A DNA stretch of 64,000 nt from Fibrobacter sp. UBA4309. Its GTDB lineage: Bacteria > Fibrobacterota > Fibrobacteria > Fibrobacterales > Fibrobacteraceae. Below the pieces are notes generated by a model that worked only from the letters and a program-made list of their open reading frames with translations, did not search any database and was not told the DNA's origin. Made by a program: the position numbers and the translations under genes. The stretch is from NCBI RefSeq assembly GCF_002395745.1, contig NZ_DGUN01000027.1:19958-83957 (forward strand), in the 5' to 3' direction. Positions 8,602 to 19,512 of this stretch are shown here, one piece after another; within the stretch, counting starts at the first letter, position 1, and every line of letters begins with the position of its first letter.

Positions 8602-9489
8602 ATGCAGTCTATTAAAGAAGAATCAGCTTTTGCCCGGGATTATCTAGCCCAGGTCGCTAAAGAAGCGGAAGCTAAATTTGATGAACATCTTCCTCCTGTG
8701 ACGGACCGTCCGTGCCGCCTGCACGAGGCCATGCGTTATTCCATGTTTGCGGGCGGAAAGCGCCTGCGCCCCGCTCTGGTCAAGGCGACCTTTGACATGT
8801 TCGGTGGCAAGGGCGACAAGGTGTGGCTCGCGACATCTGCACTCGAGATGCTCCACACGTTCAGTCTTATCCACGACGACCTCCCTTGCATTGATAACGA
8901 CGACTACCGCCGTGGCAAGCTTACGAACCACAAGAAGTTTGGCGAGGCGACTGCGGTGATGGCGGGTGACGCCCTCTGCGTTTTGGCTTTTGAACTGATG
9001 GGCAAGACGGGTAATGCGAAGGCTATCGAAGCGCTTGCGCACCTGCTCAGTACTTACGGCCTTATCGGTGGCGAGATGACCGATATCGAGTGCGAAGGCA
9101 AGAAGGTGGACCTTGATACGGTGGATTACATCCATTACCACAAGACTGCGGCCCTGATCGAGGCCGCGCTCCAGGTGGGTGCGATGCTTGCCGGTGCCGA
9201 TGACAAGTCCATCGAGGCTATCCGCAACTACGGGCGCTCCATCGGGCTTGCGTTCCAGATTGTCGACGACATCCTGGACATTGTCTCCACGACCGAGGAA
9301 CTGGGCAAGGACGCCGGTTCCGACATCGAGAAGGGCAAGGCGACTTACCCCTCTATCGTCGGGCTCGAAAATTCACGCGCGAAGGCGAAGGAACTCTACG
9401 ACGAATCCCTGAAGGCTTTGGACAGCCTCAAGTGCGATACGTCTATCCTGCGCTCCATTGCCGCCTTTATCATTACCCGGGTTAATTAA
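8602..9489 (+). CDS. ispA: Farnesyl/geranylgeranyl diphosphate synthase
   Basis: GGKRLRP, LIHDDLPCIDNDDYRRG, FQIVDDILD. ATG 8602 is preferred to TTG 8593, which lies inside the promoter-like box. Confidence 0.93.
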   Translation: MQSIKEESAFARDYLAQVAKEAEAKFDEHLPPVTDRPCRLHEAMRYSMFAGGKRLRPALVKATFDMFGGKGDKVWLATSALEMLHTFSLIHDDLPCIDNDDYRRGKLTNHKKFGEATAVMAGDALCVLAFELMGKTGNAKAIEALAHLLSTYGLIGGEMTDIECEGKKVDLDTVDYIHYHKTAALIEAALQVGAMLAGADDKSIEAIRNYGRSIGLAFQIVDDILDIVSTTEELGKDAGSDIEKGKATYPSIVGLENSRAKAKELYDESLKALDSLKCDTSILRSIAAFIITRVN

Positions 9490-11357
9490 TGAACTTAAAA
9501 GACGTAAAGTCTCCCAAGGACATCAAGCACTGTTCTGTGCAGGAACTGAACCAGCTTGCCTCGCAGGTGCGCGAGACAATCATTGGCCAGGTTTCCAAGC
9601 ACGGTGGGCACTTGGCGTCTAGCCTCGGTGTCGTGGAACTCACGCTCGCGCTCCATTACGTGTTCAACGCTCCCGAAGACAAGATCGTGTGGGACGTTGG
9701 GCACCAGGCTTATGTGCACAAGCTTTTGACCGGACGTTACGACCGGTTTGAGACGCTCCGCCAGCAGGGCGGTATTTCCGGGTTCCTCAAGAGGAACGAA
9801 AGCGAATATGACTGCTTTGGCGCAGGCCATGCGACTACATCCATATCTGCGGCTCTCGGCTTTGCCGTGGCGCGCAACCACTTTAACCGCAAGAACAACG
9901 TGGTGGCCGTCATCGGTGACGGTTCCATGACCGGCGGTATGGCATTCGAGGCCCTGAACAACGCGGGCATCTCGAAGCAGAACATGACCATCATCCTGAA
10001 CGACAACAGGATGAGTATCGCCCCGAACGTGGGCGGGTTCAGCAAGTACCTGAACCGCGTGATTTCGGACCCGGTCTACAACAAGATGCGTTCTGACCTG
10101 GACCGCCTGATGAAACGTGTGCCCGGTATTCTCGGTCGCCGTTTCCGTGACCTCTTCTTGCAGGTGGAATCTGCCGCGAAGAACGCGGTGAAGCCCGGCG
10201 CCTTCTTCGAGGACCTGGGTATACGCTATTTTGGCCCCATCGACGGTCACGACATCAACGAGCTTATCATGATTCTCGAACGCGTGAAGTCGCAGCCCGG
10301 CCCGTGCATTGTGCACGTGCTTACCGAGAAGGGCCGCGGTCTCGATGCCGCCGAGAAGAACCCGACCAAGTTCCACGGTACGGGACCGTTCGACCCCGAG
10401 AGCGGGCTCCCGCTTGCTCCGGGCAAGCCGAACCCCTCGCTCACGAGCGTGTTTGGGAAGACCCTGCTGGAACTGGCGAAAAAAGACGACCGTATTATGG
10501 GAATCACGGCCGCCATGCCCACGGGCTGCGGTCTCGATATTGTCGCGAAGGAACTGCCCGACCGCGTGATAGACGTGGGCATCGCGGAAGAACACGCGGT
10601 GACGTTTGCCGCGGGCCTTGCCTGCGATGGCGTGGTGCCCGTGGTCGCTATTTACTCGAGCTTTATGCAGCGCGCCTACGACCAGATTATGCACGATATC
10701 GCACTCCAGAACCTGCATGTGGTGCTGGTGCTCGACCGTGCTGGCCTCGTGGGCGCCGACGGCCCTACGCACCACGGCGCGTACGACCTTTCGTTCCTGC
10801 GTACGGTGCCGGGGCTTACGCTCATGGCGCCCAGCAACGAGAACGAACTCAGGGATATGATAACCGCCTCCATCGACATGGAAGGCCCTGTCGCTATCCG
10901 CTATCCCCGCGGGACGGCTCTTGCCGAAACGCTCCTCCCGCCTGCTGGCCCCTTCGATGCGAAATTGCCGAAGGTGCTCGAACAGGGCAAGGATATCCTG
11001 CTCCTCGGGGCAGGCTTCATGACAAACGAACTCAAGAAGACTGCGAAGGTCCTTAAAGAAAACGGCTACAATCCCACGCTTGTGGACGCGCGAATCATCA
11101 AGCCGCTCGATACGGAAGCCTACCGCAGCCTGTTCGAAACCCACAAGGTCATTGTCACTCTGGAAGACAATACCCTTATCGGCGGATATGGTTCCGCCGT
11201 CATGGAACTCATGGCCGATCTCGGAATTACGGACAAGAAGTTGTTCCGCTTCGGGTTGCCTGACCGTTTTGTGGAACAGGGCGAAATTCCGAATTTGTAT
11301 AAACTCTTGAAAATAGACGGTGAATCCGTCGCCAGACAGTTGATGGAAAAACTATGA
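9489..11357 (+). CDS. dxs: 1-deoxy-D-xylulose-5-phosphate synthase
   Basis: GGHLASSLG, WDVGHQAY, GAGHATTSISAALG, GDGSMTGG, DVGIAEEHA. Confidence 0.97.
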   Translation: MNLKDVKSPKDIKHCSVQELNQLASQVRETIIGQVSKHGGHLASSLGVVELTLALHYVFNAPEDKIVWDVGHQAYVHKLLTGRYDRFETLRQQGGISGFLKRNESEYDCFGAGHATTSISAALGFAVARNHFNRKNNVVAVIGDGSMTGGMAFEALNNAGISKQNMTIILNDNRMSIAPNVGGFSKYLNRVISDPVYNKMRSDLDRLMKRVPGILGRRFRDLFLQVESAAKNAVKPGAFFEDLGIRYFGPIDGHDINELIMILERVKSQPGPCIVHVLTEKGRGLDAAEKNPTKFHGTGPFDPESGLPLAPGKPNPSLTSVFGKTLLELAKKDDRIMGITAAMPTGCGLDIVAKELPDRVIDVGIAEEHAVTFAAGLACDGVVPVVAIYSSFMQRAYDQIMHDIALQNLHVVLVLDRAGLVGADGPTHHGAYDLSFLRTVPGLTLMAPSNENELRDMITASIDMEGPVAIRYPRGTALAETLLPPAGPFDAKLPKVLEQGKDILLLGAGFMTNELKKTAKVLKENGYNPTLVDARIIKPLDTEAYRSLFETHKVIVTLEDNTLIGGYGSAVMELMADLGITDKKLFRFGLPDRFVEQGEIPNLYKLLKIDGESVARQLMEKL

Positions 11358-12571
11358 GCGAAGAAAACAAACGCACAGTGAAAATGACTTTGAACCGCAA
11401 GTTCGGAGTGAGCGAAAGAAAGGATGAACGCCGCCCCCGTCGTGATGATGGCGCTCGCGAAGAAAGGAACGCGACGGAACGTCCGTTCCGTGGGGAACGT
11501 CCCCGCGGTGCCCGTGGCCTCCGTGAAGACGGTAGCCGCCGCGAAGGCGAAGGCCGCTTTGACAGGGAACGCCGTCCGCGTCGTTTTGGCGACAAGCCTT
11601 TTGGAAGCCGTGGTGGCCGTTTTGGCCGTGACCGCCGTGACGGTGAGCGCATGTTCCGCGGTGACCGCCAGGAACAGGTCCCCGTATACCGTCAGCGCCC
11701 CGAACAGAAGGCGGAGATTGTCGACGAGAATCTCGACGAGACGACGCTCGAAGCGCGCGCCGCCCAGGTGGAACAGAGTGCCGACTCTGTAGCCAATCCG
11801 CCTTGGTTCCGCAAGCTTCTCGCCCTCACTACCGAGAAGGGCCGTGAACGCGAAGGCAAGTTCCTTGGCGAAGGCGTGCACGTTGTCGACGAACTCGTGT
11901 CGAACCATCGTGAAATCGTGATTTCTGTCTACATGGTGGAAGGCTTCGAAAACGAGACCCTCGTCGAGAAGATTAACGATGCCGAAATTACGATCCATGT
12001 CTTGACCATGGAACAGATGAAGCAGCTTTCTTCTACGGTCACGACGCAGGGCATTATCGCCTATTGCCGTATTGCAAATACCAAGCCGGTCTACGAAACC
12101 AGCCGCAGCGTCCTCACCCTTGTGGACGCCGTGCAGGACCCGGGTAATCTCGGGACGCTTTTCCGTACGAGCCTGGGATTCGGTTCCGACGGCATGGTGC
12201 TTGGTCGCGGTACGGTGAGCCCGTTCAACCCGAAGGTCGTCCGCGGTTCTTCGGGAACGTTCTTGCGTGTGCCTTTCGAATTCGACATTGACCTGGTGGA
12301 CCATATCAACTTCTTGCGCAGCAAGGGCTATACCATCATCGCCACGGATTTGCATGCCAGGCAGAGCCTGAAGGAAATCCCGAAGCACAAACTTCGCAAG
12401 ATGGCTTTCCTCGTGGGTAACGAAGGTGCCGGCACGAATCAGTACCTGATTGAGCTTGCCGACGAGACGGTGAAGATCCCGATGAGCAGCGAACTGGAAT
12501 CGCTCAACGTTTCCGTGGCGCACGGCATCCTCAGCTACGAGGCCGCCCAAATCCAGGAGGAACTGAAGTAA
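11354..12571 (+). CDS. TrmH/SpoU-family RNA 2'-O-methyltransferase with an Arg/Gly/Asp-rich N-terminal extension
   Basis: VQDPGNLGTLFR, GNEGAG, IPMSSELESLNVSVA. Confidence 0.9.
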   Translation: MSEENKRTVKMTLNRKFGVSERKDERRPRRDDGAREERNATERPFRGERPRGARGLREDGSRREGEGRFDRERRPRRFGDKPFGSRGGRFGRDRRDGERMFRGDRQEQVPVYRQRPEQKAEIVDENLDETTLEARAAQVEQSADSVANPPWFRKLLALTTEKGREREGKFLGEGVHVVDELVSNHREIVISVYMVEGFENETLVEKINDAEITIHVLTMEQMKQLSSTVTTQGIIAYCRIANTKPVYETSRSVLTLVDAVQDPGNLGTLFRTSLGFGSDGMVLGRGTVSPFNPKVVRGSSGTFLRVPFEFDIDLVDHINFLRSKGYTIIATDLHARQSLKEIPKHKLRKMAFLVGNEGAGTNQYLIELADETVKIPMSSELESLNVSVAHGILSYEAAQIQEELK

Positions 12572-13458
12572 TGGCGAATTTCCACGAACGTCTCGAACAG
12601 AGAATTGCCAAGTGCGGAAACCCGGTATGCCTCGGCATGGATCCGGTCTTGAAACTCATTCCGCTCGAAGGCAGCGCCGAAGAAAAGATCAAGCGCTTCT
12701 ACCTCGATATTCTGGAATGCGCGCTCAAGCGCAACGTGACGCCCGCCGTGGTAAAACCGAATAGCGCCTATTACGAATGCGTGAGCGTCCAGGCGATGCT
12801 CGTGTTGCAGGAACTCATTGCCGCCTACAGGAGCGCGGGCATTCCCGTGGTTCTCGATGCCAAGCGTGGCGATATCGGCAAGTCGAGTGCCGCCTATGCG
12901 ACAGCCGCCTACGACGTCTACAAGGCCGATGCGGTAACGGTCAGCCCGTGGATGGGTTCCGATTCCGTCGGCCCGTTCATCCGTGAAAATTCCGAAAATG
13001 GCGCCTACGTGCTGCTCCGTACGAGCAACAAGGGCGCCCATGATTTCCAGGACATGCAGGTGGTTCGCGGAGAAGATCCGCGTGATATCGCGAGCGCCTT
13101 CTACTCCGTGGCGGACAAAATTTTTGAATGGGACGGAACTCTTGGTTATTTGGGCGCTGTTGTCGGTGCGACGCACCCCGAAGAACTCGAACAGATTACC
13201 GCCTACACGGTGGCGAAAAAGCACGAAATCCCGTTCCTGATTCCTGGCGTTTCCATTCCGGGCGTGCCCGGCGGCCAGGGTGGCGATGCGAAGACGGTCC
13301 TTACCGCAATTGCGAACGGTGGCGGCAAGCGCAAGTTCCACGTGCTCAACAGCAGCAGCGGCCTGAATTTTGCCTGGCAGCGCAACAACACTCCGGCGAA
13401 TTTTGCGAACGACTGTATCGATGCCCTAGAACGTCTGGCCGAGGCTTGCGCGGGGTAG
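12571..13458 (+). CDS. pyrF: Orotidine-5'-phosphate decarboxylase
   Basis: CLGMDP, VKPNSAYYE, LDAKRGDIGKS, RTSN, GAVVGAT. Confidence 0.93.
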   Translation: MANFHERLEQRIAKCGNPVCLGMDPVLKLIPLEGSAEEKIKRFYLDILECALKRNVTPAVVKPNSAYYECVSVQAMLVLQELIAAYRSAGIPVVLDAKRGDIGKSSAAYATAAYDVYKADAVTVSPWMGSDSVGPFIRENSENGAYVLLRTSNKGAHDFQDMQVVRGEDPRDIASAFYSVADKIFEWDGTLGYLGAVVGATHPEELEQITAYTVAKKHEIPFLIPGVSIPGVPGGQGGDAKTVLTAIANGGGKRKFHVLNSSSGLNFAWQRNNTPANFANDCIDALERLAEACAG

Positions 13459-13469
13459 GGTAGGGCGCC

Positions 13470-14342
13470 ATGCGGTTCATTGCCTGCATAGTCCTTTCTG
13501 TCGCGGTGATTGCGCTCGCGTTCCATTTCGCGAAGCCGCTTCCCGGTACCAATTTCGACGAATCCTTCTTGCCGAAGGCTTCGTCGGTAAAGTACGTTGC
13601 CGCCGGCCACGATGCGACCGTTGCAGGCTTGTTCTGGATAAAGGGCCTTACCGAGTTGGGCGAAAGCTACCTGACCGGCAAGGAATATGCCTACCTGAGC
13701 CATGTGGCGAACCTGTGTACCGAACTCGATTCGCTGTTCTTCACTCCGTATTATTTTGTAGGCAGCATTACCCCGACAGATACGCAGGATACTACGGATT
13801 TCGTGGTGATGCGCCGGGCGGTCCGCCTGTTCCCCGAAGAGTGGAGGCTTGCAGTCGGCTTTGCCCTCCGCCTTTCGAAGGGGCCTTATCCTGACAAGCG
13901 TGCCGCAGCCGATGTCATGCGCCCGTATTTCGATTATCCCGATACGACAATCCCCGAACACATCCGCCTGATGTACCGTTCGTTTGAACTGGATGCGGAA
14001 CAGACGGAAATGGCGCTCGAGATGGTTTTGAACGACGTAATCCAGCCCAAGTTCAAGAAGTTCCGCGGCAGTTTCTACAACAAGGCTTTCCGCGTTCTCG
14101 GCTACAGGGGCGTGGGCGTGACTACGGGCAAGGATTCTACGACCTATAAAGAGGTCAAGAAGACTATCGACGCTTTTGCCGAAGGAAAGATTCCTCCGCA
14201 ATATGCATACACGCATCTGCTTTCGCTGAAGAAGGTGGAAGAAAAGAAGCCGGAAGAGCCGCCCGCCGAAGCGGTCGATGCCGCCGAGACACCGGCAGAC
14301 AGCACTGCTAGTGCCGCGAATAAGGATAACGCTGTAAATTAA
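13470..14342 (+). CDS. Membrane-anchored helical (TPR-like) hypothetical protein
   Basis: N-terminal TM, then an alpha-helical region (LFWIKG...TELDSLF..PYYFVG...FPEEWRL). Confidence 0.55.
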   Translation: MRFIACIVLSVAVIALAFHFAKPLPGTNFDESFLPKASSVKYVAAGHDATVAGLFWIKGLTELGESYLTGKEYAYLSHVANLCTELDSLFFTPYYFVGSITPTDTQDTTDFVVMRRAVRLFPEEWRLAVGFALRLSKGPYPDKRAAADVMRPYFDYPDTTIPEHIRLMYRSFELDAEQTEMALEMVLNDVIQPKFKKFRGSFYNKAFRVLGYRGVGVTTGKDSTTYKEVKKTIDAFAEGKIPPQYAYTHLLSLKKVEEKKPEEPPAEAVDAAETPADSTASAANKDNAVN

Positions 14343-14345
14343 GGC

Positions 14346-15116
14346 TTATTGCCCGCAACGCTTGGAGTTGTTCGGGAGTCCCATCAGTTCGAACGCGTTC
14401 TTGCAACGGAGTTTCAAGTCTTCCGCTTCGTCCTTGGGCGTATTCTTTAGCTGGGATCGCATGTAGAGAATTGTCGCCGTCATGTACGGCTTGTTCCCTT
14501 CGATAGACTTGGCTTCGGCAACGCGGTAAAGGGAGTCGGCTTCGCTGGCGTTGCCGGTGAGGTCGGCGATACGGGCTGCCGTATAGGCGTAGAAGCCCCC
14601 CTTCTTGCTGGAAAACTTGCCTACCATCTTGAGGGATTCTTCCGCATTGTCGCTACGGTGCGCTCCGGCATAGCTGATGGCGCATTCCGCATGGAATGTC
14701 GCTGCCGTGCTCTTGTCGGATTTCTTCACGGAGTCCGCGTCGGCCTTGCCGCAAAGCTTGGCTCCGTCGCTAAAGTTTTCGCGGGCGTTGGCCAGGGCGA
14801 CTTTCGTGAGGGTCAGGCTGGTCGTGGTTGTCCTGTCCAGGACTTCGGGACGCACGACGGAAATGAGGGAATCGGCGAAGTCGAAATCGAGGCTCTGCGT
14901 GCGGATTTGGGCCATGGCGAGCAGGACGCGCCCTTCCGACAGGAGGTCGGACTCCTTGCGGCTAGCAAGGAGAGCACGTTCGAGCTGGTTGTAGGCCTTG
15001 GCGTATTTTCCGGCGTTGATCGAACGTGCGGCGCGTGATGCGAGCACTCCGGATTCCGAAGCGCTGGAGTAGGCGAAGGCCCCGAGCAGGGCTAGCATGG
15101 CGAACTTTTTTACCAT
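14346..15116 (-). CDS. Exported TPR-like hypothetical protein
   Basis: Signal peptide and Ala-rich helices. The start overlaps the stop of the upstream MlaD-family gene. Confidence 0.6.
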   Translation of the reverse strand: MVKKFAMLALLGAFAYSSASESGVLASRAARSINAGKYAKAYNQLERALLASRKESDLLSEGRVLLAMAQIRTQSLDFDFADSLISVVRPEVLDRTTTTSLTLTKVALANARENFSDGAKLCGKADADSVKKSDKSTAATFHAECAISYAGAHRSDNAEESLKMVGKFSSKKGGFYAYTAARIADLTGNASEADSLYRVAEAKSIEGNKPYMTATILYMRSQLKNTPKDEAEDLKLRCKNAFELMGLPNNSKRCGQ

Positions 15117-16117
15117 AGCGTCTCCACCATGAAGGGCACGGAATCCTTGCTAGGCATGTTCCTGCGGACAATCCAGATGTTCGAGATGCCTTCCATCAGG
15201 TCGTCGGCGTTCTGCAACGTGCCTTCCGTCGTTTCCATGAAGTCCGAAATGTTCGAGGTCATGAGCCCCATTTTCTCGACAATGCCGTCTACGCGGCCCA
15301 TAGTCGTATCTACGGACTTCACGAGGCCGCCCACGCTACCCATGAGTTCGTCCACCTTGCCCGGGAAGGGTTTCATGTCGTTGACGATTCCGGAGAGGTC
15401 CGTGGTCATGTTGTCGATCTTGTTGACCATCGGCGGGATGTTTTCGCTAAGCGTGTCGAGCAGCTTGCTCGTCTTGACAAGCGCGTTCTTGCCGGCGTAG
15501 GTAATGTCGTCGAGGCGGTTCAGCTGGCGGTTCAGGTTGTCGTAGAGGATTCGGGAACCGAACAGGGCGCCGATGGTGGTGCCGGTATCCATGGCCATAC
15601 CGACCAGGGTGTCGGCGGCGTCAATGAGCTCGTTCACGCGTCCCAGCAGTTCGTTTGTCGTCTCGAGGACTGTTTCGATATCCTGAGCCTTGCCCGCCCG
15701 TATGAAGTCGCCTTCGTGCAGTACGTTGCCTTTGCCGCGGCGGACGTCGATATTGATGACTCGGGCCGAAATCAGGTTCTGGTCGCGGATGGCGAATACT
15801 TCGGCGCTGTCGGTAATCCAGTTCTGGAATTCCTTGCGGATGGTGAATTCCATGTACACGCCGTCATTCTGGATTTTCATCTCTGAAATCTGGCCGACAT
15901 CCACGCCGCTAATCTGTACGCGGGTTCCCGGACGGAGTCCCATCGCCTTCTCGAAGATACTATGGATTTTGTACTCTTCGACGCCAATCATGCCGCTGGT
16001 AAAAAGTTTGGTATAGAGAACCAGGCCGAAGAGGGTCACGGCAACGGTGAAGAAAATTCCGACCAGAAGGCCGGATAATTCCATCCAGTTTACCTGTTTC
16101 ATTGGCTTGAATCTCAT
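15110..16117 (-). CDS. MlaD/MCE-family protein
   Basis: TM, then AMGLRPGTRVQISGVDVGQI...INID, then a long helical tail. Start uncertain (16117 or 16102). Confidence 0.85.
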   Translation of the reverse strand: MRFKPMKQVNWMELSGLLVGIFFTVAVTLFGLVLYTKLFTSGMIGVEEYKIHSIFEKAMGLRPGTRVQISGVDVGQISEMKIQNDGVYMEFTIRKEFQNWITDSAEVFAIRDQNLISARVINIDVRRGKGNVLHEGDFIRAGKAQDIETVLETTNELLGRVNELIDAADTLVGMAMDTGTTIGALFGSRILYDNLNRQLNRLDDITYAGKNALVKTSKLLDTLSENIPPMVNKIDNMTTDLSGIVNDMKPFPGKVDELMGSVGGLVKSVDTTMGRVDGIVEKMGLMTSNISDFMETTEGTLQNADDLMEGISNIWIVRRNMPSKDSVPFMVETLW

Positions 16118-16199
16118 ATTCCGAAATATATAAATATTTGTTTTCAATGTGAAAAATTGATTCTATCTTTTTTATTTTGCAGGGAAAAGAGAGGATTTT

Positions 16200-17402
16200 A
16201 TGGAATTCCTGGAATTTTTGAATGCGTCGGTGACTCCTTACCACACTGTCGAGGGGGTGAAATCCCTCTTGGCGCAGTCCAAGATTGAAAATTTGAAGGT
16301 TTGGGAACGCGGCGGGGCTCTCGTTGCGGTTCGCATGCCGAAAAATCCATGTACGGACCCCAAGTTCAGGATTTCGCTTGCCCATACCGATTTCCCGGCG
16401 CTCAAGATTTCGCCGAACCCGGATGGCCGATCGGCGGGCGTTCAGACGCTCCATCCCGAAATCTACGGCAGCCCGATATATACGAGCTGGCTCGATCGCG
16501 ACCTGGGATACGCCGGAATCCTGGCTTACGAGGTTAACGAAAAAATCGGGACTAAACTGTTCCGTTCGGACAAGTTTGTCCGGATTCCTCAACTGGCGGT
16601 CCACCTGAATCGCGGCGTGAACCAGGACGGTTTGAAGGTGAATCCGCAGACGGACCTGAACGCATTGTGGACCTCGAGCGAGGGCGCGAGGTTTGCAGAC
16701 TCCCTGCAGAAGGAATTGCCCGAAGGGGCGAAGTTGCTCGATTTTGACGTGCAGCTTTTCGATGCGCAGCCGGCGCAGCTGGGAGGCCTTGACTGCGAAT
16801 GGATTTATTCCGGGCGTCTCGACAACCTTTCGAGTTGCCATGCGGTCGCGACGGCGATGGTGAACGCTCCCGTGCCCGAGAACGACATCCTGGTCGCCGC
16901 CTTTTTCAACAACGAGGAGGTGGGCTCCGAGACCCGCGAAGGGGCCGCCGGGAACTTCCTCAGGAGCGTCCTGGAAGAAATCGCGCAGGAATGCGGCATA
17001 CCGTCTCTGGCTTCTAGCCTTTCGTCCAGCCTTGCGCTTTCTATCGACATGGCGCATGCCTGCCATCCGAACTTCGTGCAGAAACACGACCAGAATCACG
17101 CCCCTGTCTTGGGTGAAGGAATCGTATTGAAGACAAATTCACAAAAGCGCTACGCGAGCGACGTTCTTTCGAATGCCCGGTTCAAGATGCTCTGCAAGCA
17201 GGTGGATGTTCCGTACCAGACGTTCGTGACGCGAAACGACATGCCGTGCGGCTCTACCGTGGGCCCGACCGTCTCGGCGATGCTCGGGATTCCTACCGTC
17301 GACATTGGCGAACCCATCCTGAGCATGCACAGCATACGCGAAATGATGGCGATTAAGGACCACGAAAGCATGATCCGCCTCGTTTCCGCATTCTTTTGTT
17401 AA
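16200..17402 (+). CDS. M18-family (aspartyl) aminopeptidase
   Basis: AHTDFP, GRLDNL, FNNEEVGS, SIDMAH, LSMHSIRE. Confidence 0.92.
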   Translation: MEFLEFLNASVTPYHTVEGVKSLLAQSKIENLKVWERGGALVAVRMPKNPCTDPKFRISLAHTDFPALKISPNPDGRSAGVQTLHPEIYGSPIYTSWLDRDLGYAGILAYEVNEKIGTKLFRSDKFVRIPQLAVHLNRGVNQDGLKVNPQTDLNALWTSSEGARFADSLQKELPEGAKLLDFDVQLFDAQPAQLGGLDCEWIYSGRLDNLSSCHAVATAMVNAPVPENDILVAAFFNNEEVGSETREGAAGNFLRSVLEEIAQECGIPSLASSLSSSLALSIDMAHACHPNFVQKHDQNHAPVLGEGIVLKTNSQKRYASDVLSNARFKMLCKQVDVPYQTFVTRNDMPCGSTVGPTVSAMLGIPTVDIGEPILSMHSIREMMAIKDHESMIRLVSAFFC

Positions 17403-17414
17403 ATTTATCGAAGA

Positions 17415-17861
17415 ATGTTTGCTGGCATCGTAAAGAAACTGCGCAGCCGGTTTCCCCGCAAGTCGCTGATGGGGCAGTTCCTCCGTTACATGGTGACGGG
17501 GGGTGTTGCCTTCGTGGCCGATTTCGGGCTGTTCGCGCTGTGCCTTTACGGTTTCGGTTGGCACTACCTGCTGGCGAACCTCGTGGGCCTGGTAGCAGGC
17601 CTCGTCCTCAATTACCTGATGAGCATCCTGTGGGTGTTTACCGCCTGCAAGCGCATCCTCGAGAAACGGAAACTTGCCGAGTTCACGCTCTTTGCCCTGG
17701 TGGGCATCGCGGGCGTCGGCATAAACCAGGTGCTCATGTACCTGATGGTCGATGGCCTTGGTCTCAACGAGATGCTGTCGAAGATGGTCGCCGCGGTGCT
17801 CGTGCTGATGTGGAATTTTGGGGCGCGGAAGCTGATCCTTTTTAAGAAGAGAGAAAAATAA
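17415..17861 (+). CDS. GtrA-family flippase-like membrane protein
   Basis: [17 protein letters not shown], four TM helices, WNF C-terminal motif. Confidence 0.9.
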   Translation: MFAGIVKKLRSRFPRKSLMGQFLRYMVTGGVAFVADFGLFALCLYGFGWHYLLANLVGLVAGLVLNYLMSILWVFTACKRILEKRKLAEFTLFALVGIAGVGINQVLMYLMVDGLGLNEMLSKMVAAVLVLMWNFGARKLILFKKREK

Positions 17862-17862
17862 G

Positions 17863-19512
17863 ATGGCTGCAGAAAAAGAATTCAAGAAGGTTGCCGTAAT
17901 CGCGGGCGCAGGCCCTGCAGGATTGACGGCGGCGCTGGAACTGTTGCGCACTACCGACGTGAAGCCGGTTATTTACGAAGCCGAGGACGTTGTCGGCGGT
18001 ATTTCCCGCACCGCGCGCTACAAGGGCAACCGCATGGACATCGGCGGCCACCGCTTCTTTAGCAAGAGCGATACCGTGATGGACTGGTGGCAGGGAATTC
18101 TCCCGCTCCAGGGTGCCGCCAGCAAGGACGACATCGCCATTGGCCGCAGCGTTCCGCTGACGGAAGGCGGCCCCGACCCGGAGAAGACGGACTACGTGAT
18201 GCTCTGTCGCAGCCGCCTCTCGCGCATCCTCTTCTTGCGCAAGCTTTTTGATTATCCGGTGAGCCTGAATGGCGACACCATCCGCAATCTCGGTCTCTGG
18301 CGCATGTTCAAGATTGGCATGAGCTACCTCAAGGTGCAGCTGTTGCCCGCCCGCAAGGAGAAGAGCCTCGAAGATTTCATGATCAACCGCTTTGGCGTGG
18401 AACTCTACCGCACGTTCTTCCGCGACTACACCGAGAAGGTGTGGGGCGTGCCGTGCAGCAAGATTAGCCCCGACTGGGGTGGCCAGCGCATCAAGGGCCT
18501 TTCCATCACCAAGACGGTAATCCATGCGCTCAAGCAGATTTTTGCAGGCAAGAAGAAGGCCGAGGCCGGTGCCGCAAGCGGTGCGGACATCCGCCAGAAA
18601 GATACCGAGACGAGCCTCATCGGCCAGTTCCTGTACCCGAAATTCGGCCCCGGCCAGCTCTGGGAAACGGTCGCCGAGAAAGTGAAGGAAATGGGCGGCG
18701 AAATAAACATGTACACGAAGGTCGTGGGCGTGAACCGCGACGCGAGCGGCAAGCGCGTCGAGAGCGTCGTCGTCGAGAGCATGGACAATACGGGCGTCTT
18801 TATGCACGAAACTATTCCGTGCGATTACTTCCTCAGCACCATGCCGGTCAAGGAACTCGTTGCCGCGATGGACGGCGAGAAGAATCCCGTGCCCGCCGAA
18901 GTCAAGCGTATCGCCGATGGCCTCGTGTACCGCGACTTCATTACCGTGGGGCTCTTGCTCGACAAACTGCTCATCAAGAATCCGGCAAAGCCGGGAACGC
19001 CCGAAAGCAAGCTCAAGTTCGTTGCCGACAACTGGATTTACGTACAGGAATCCGACGTGAAGCTCGGCCGCATCCAGATATTCAACAACTGGAGCCCCTA
19101 CCTGGTAGCCGACCCCGAGAAGGTGTGGATAGGCCTCGAATACTTTGCGACCGAGGGCGACGAGATGTGGCGCATGCCCGACAAGGACTTTATCCAGTTC
19201 GCCATCGACGAACTCGACAAGATTGACGTGGCAAGGCCCGAAGACGTGCGCGACTCCGTGGTGTTCCACATCAAGAAGGCGTACCCCGCCTACTTCGGTA
19301 CCTACGGCGAGTTCGACAAGATCCGCGAATACGTGGACCCGGTGGAGAACCTCTTCCTCATGGGCCGTAACGGCATGCACAGGTACAACAACATGGACCA
19401 CAGCATGCTCGCCGCCATGGAAGTCGTGAAGTGCATCCGCGAGAATTCTACCGACAAGACTGCTCTCTGGAACGTGAACAGCGAAGAAGAATACCACGAA
19501 GGCAAAAAGTGA
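17863..19512 (+). CDS. FAD-dependent oxidoreductase (COG1232 / UDP-galactopyranose-mutase-like)
   Basis: [35 protein letters not shown]. Confidence 0.8.
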   Translation: MAAEKEFKKVAVIAGAGPAGLTAALELLRTTDVKPVIYEAEDVVGGISRTARYKGNRMDIGGHRFFSKSDTVMDWWQGILPLQGAASKDDIAIGRSVPLTEGGPDPEKTDYVMLCRSRLSRILFLRKLFDYPVSLNGDTIRNLGLWRMFKIGMSYLKVQLLPARKEKSLEDFMINRFGVELYRTFFRDYTEKVWGVPCSKISPDWGGQRIKGLSITKTVIHALKQIFAGKKKAEAGAASGADIRQKDTETSLIGQFLYPKFGPGQLWETVAEKVKEMGGEINMYTKVVGVNRDASGKRVESVVVESMDNTGVFMHETIPCDYFLSTMPVKELVAAMDGEKNPVPAEVKRIADGLVYRDFITVGLLLDKLLIKNPAKPGTPESKLKFVADNWIYVQESDVKLGRIQIFNNWSPYLVADPEKVWIGLEYFATEGDEMWRMPDKDFIQFAIDELDKIDVARPEDVRDSVVFHIKKAYPAYFGTYGEFDKIREYVDPVENLFLMGRNGMHRYNNMDHSMLAAMEVVKCIRENSTDKTALWNVNSEEEYHEGKK

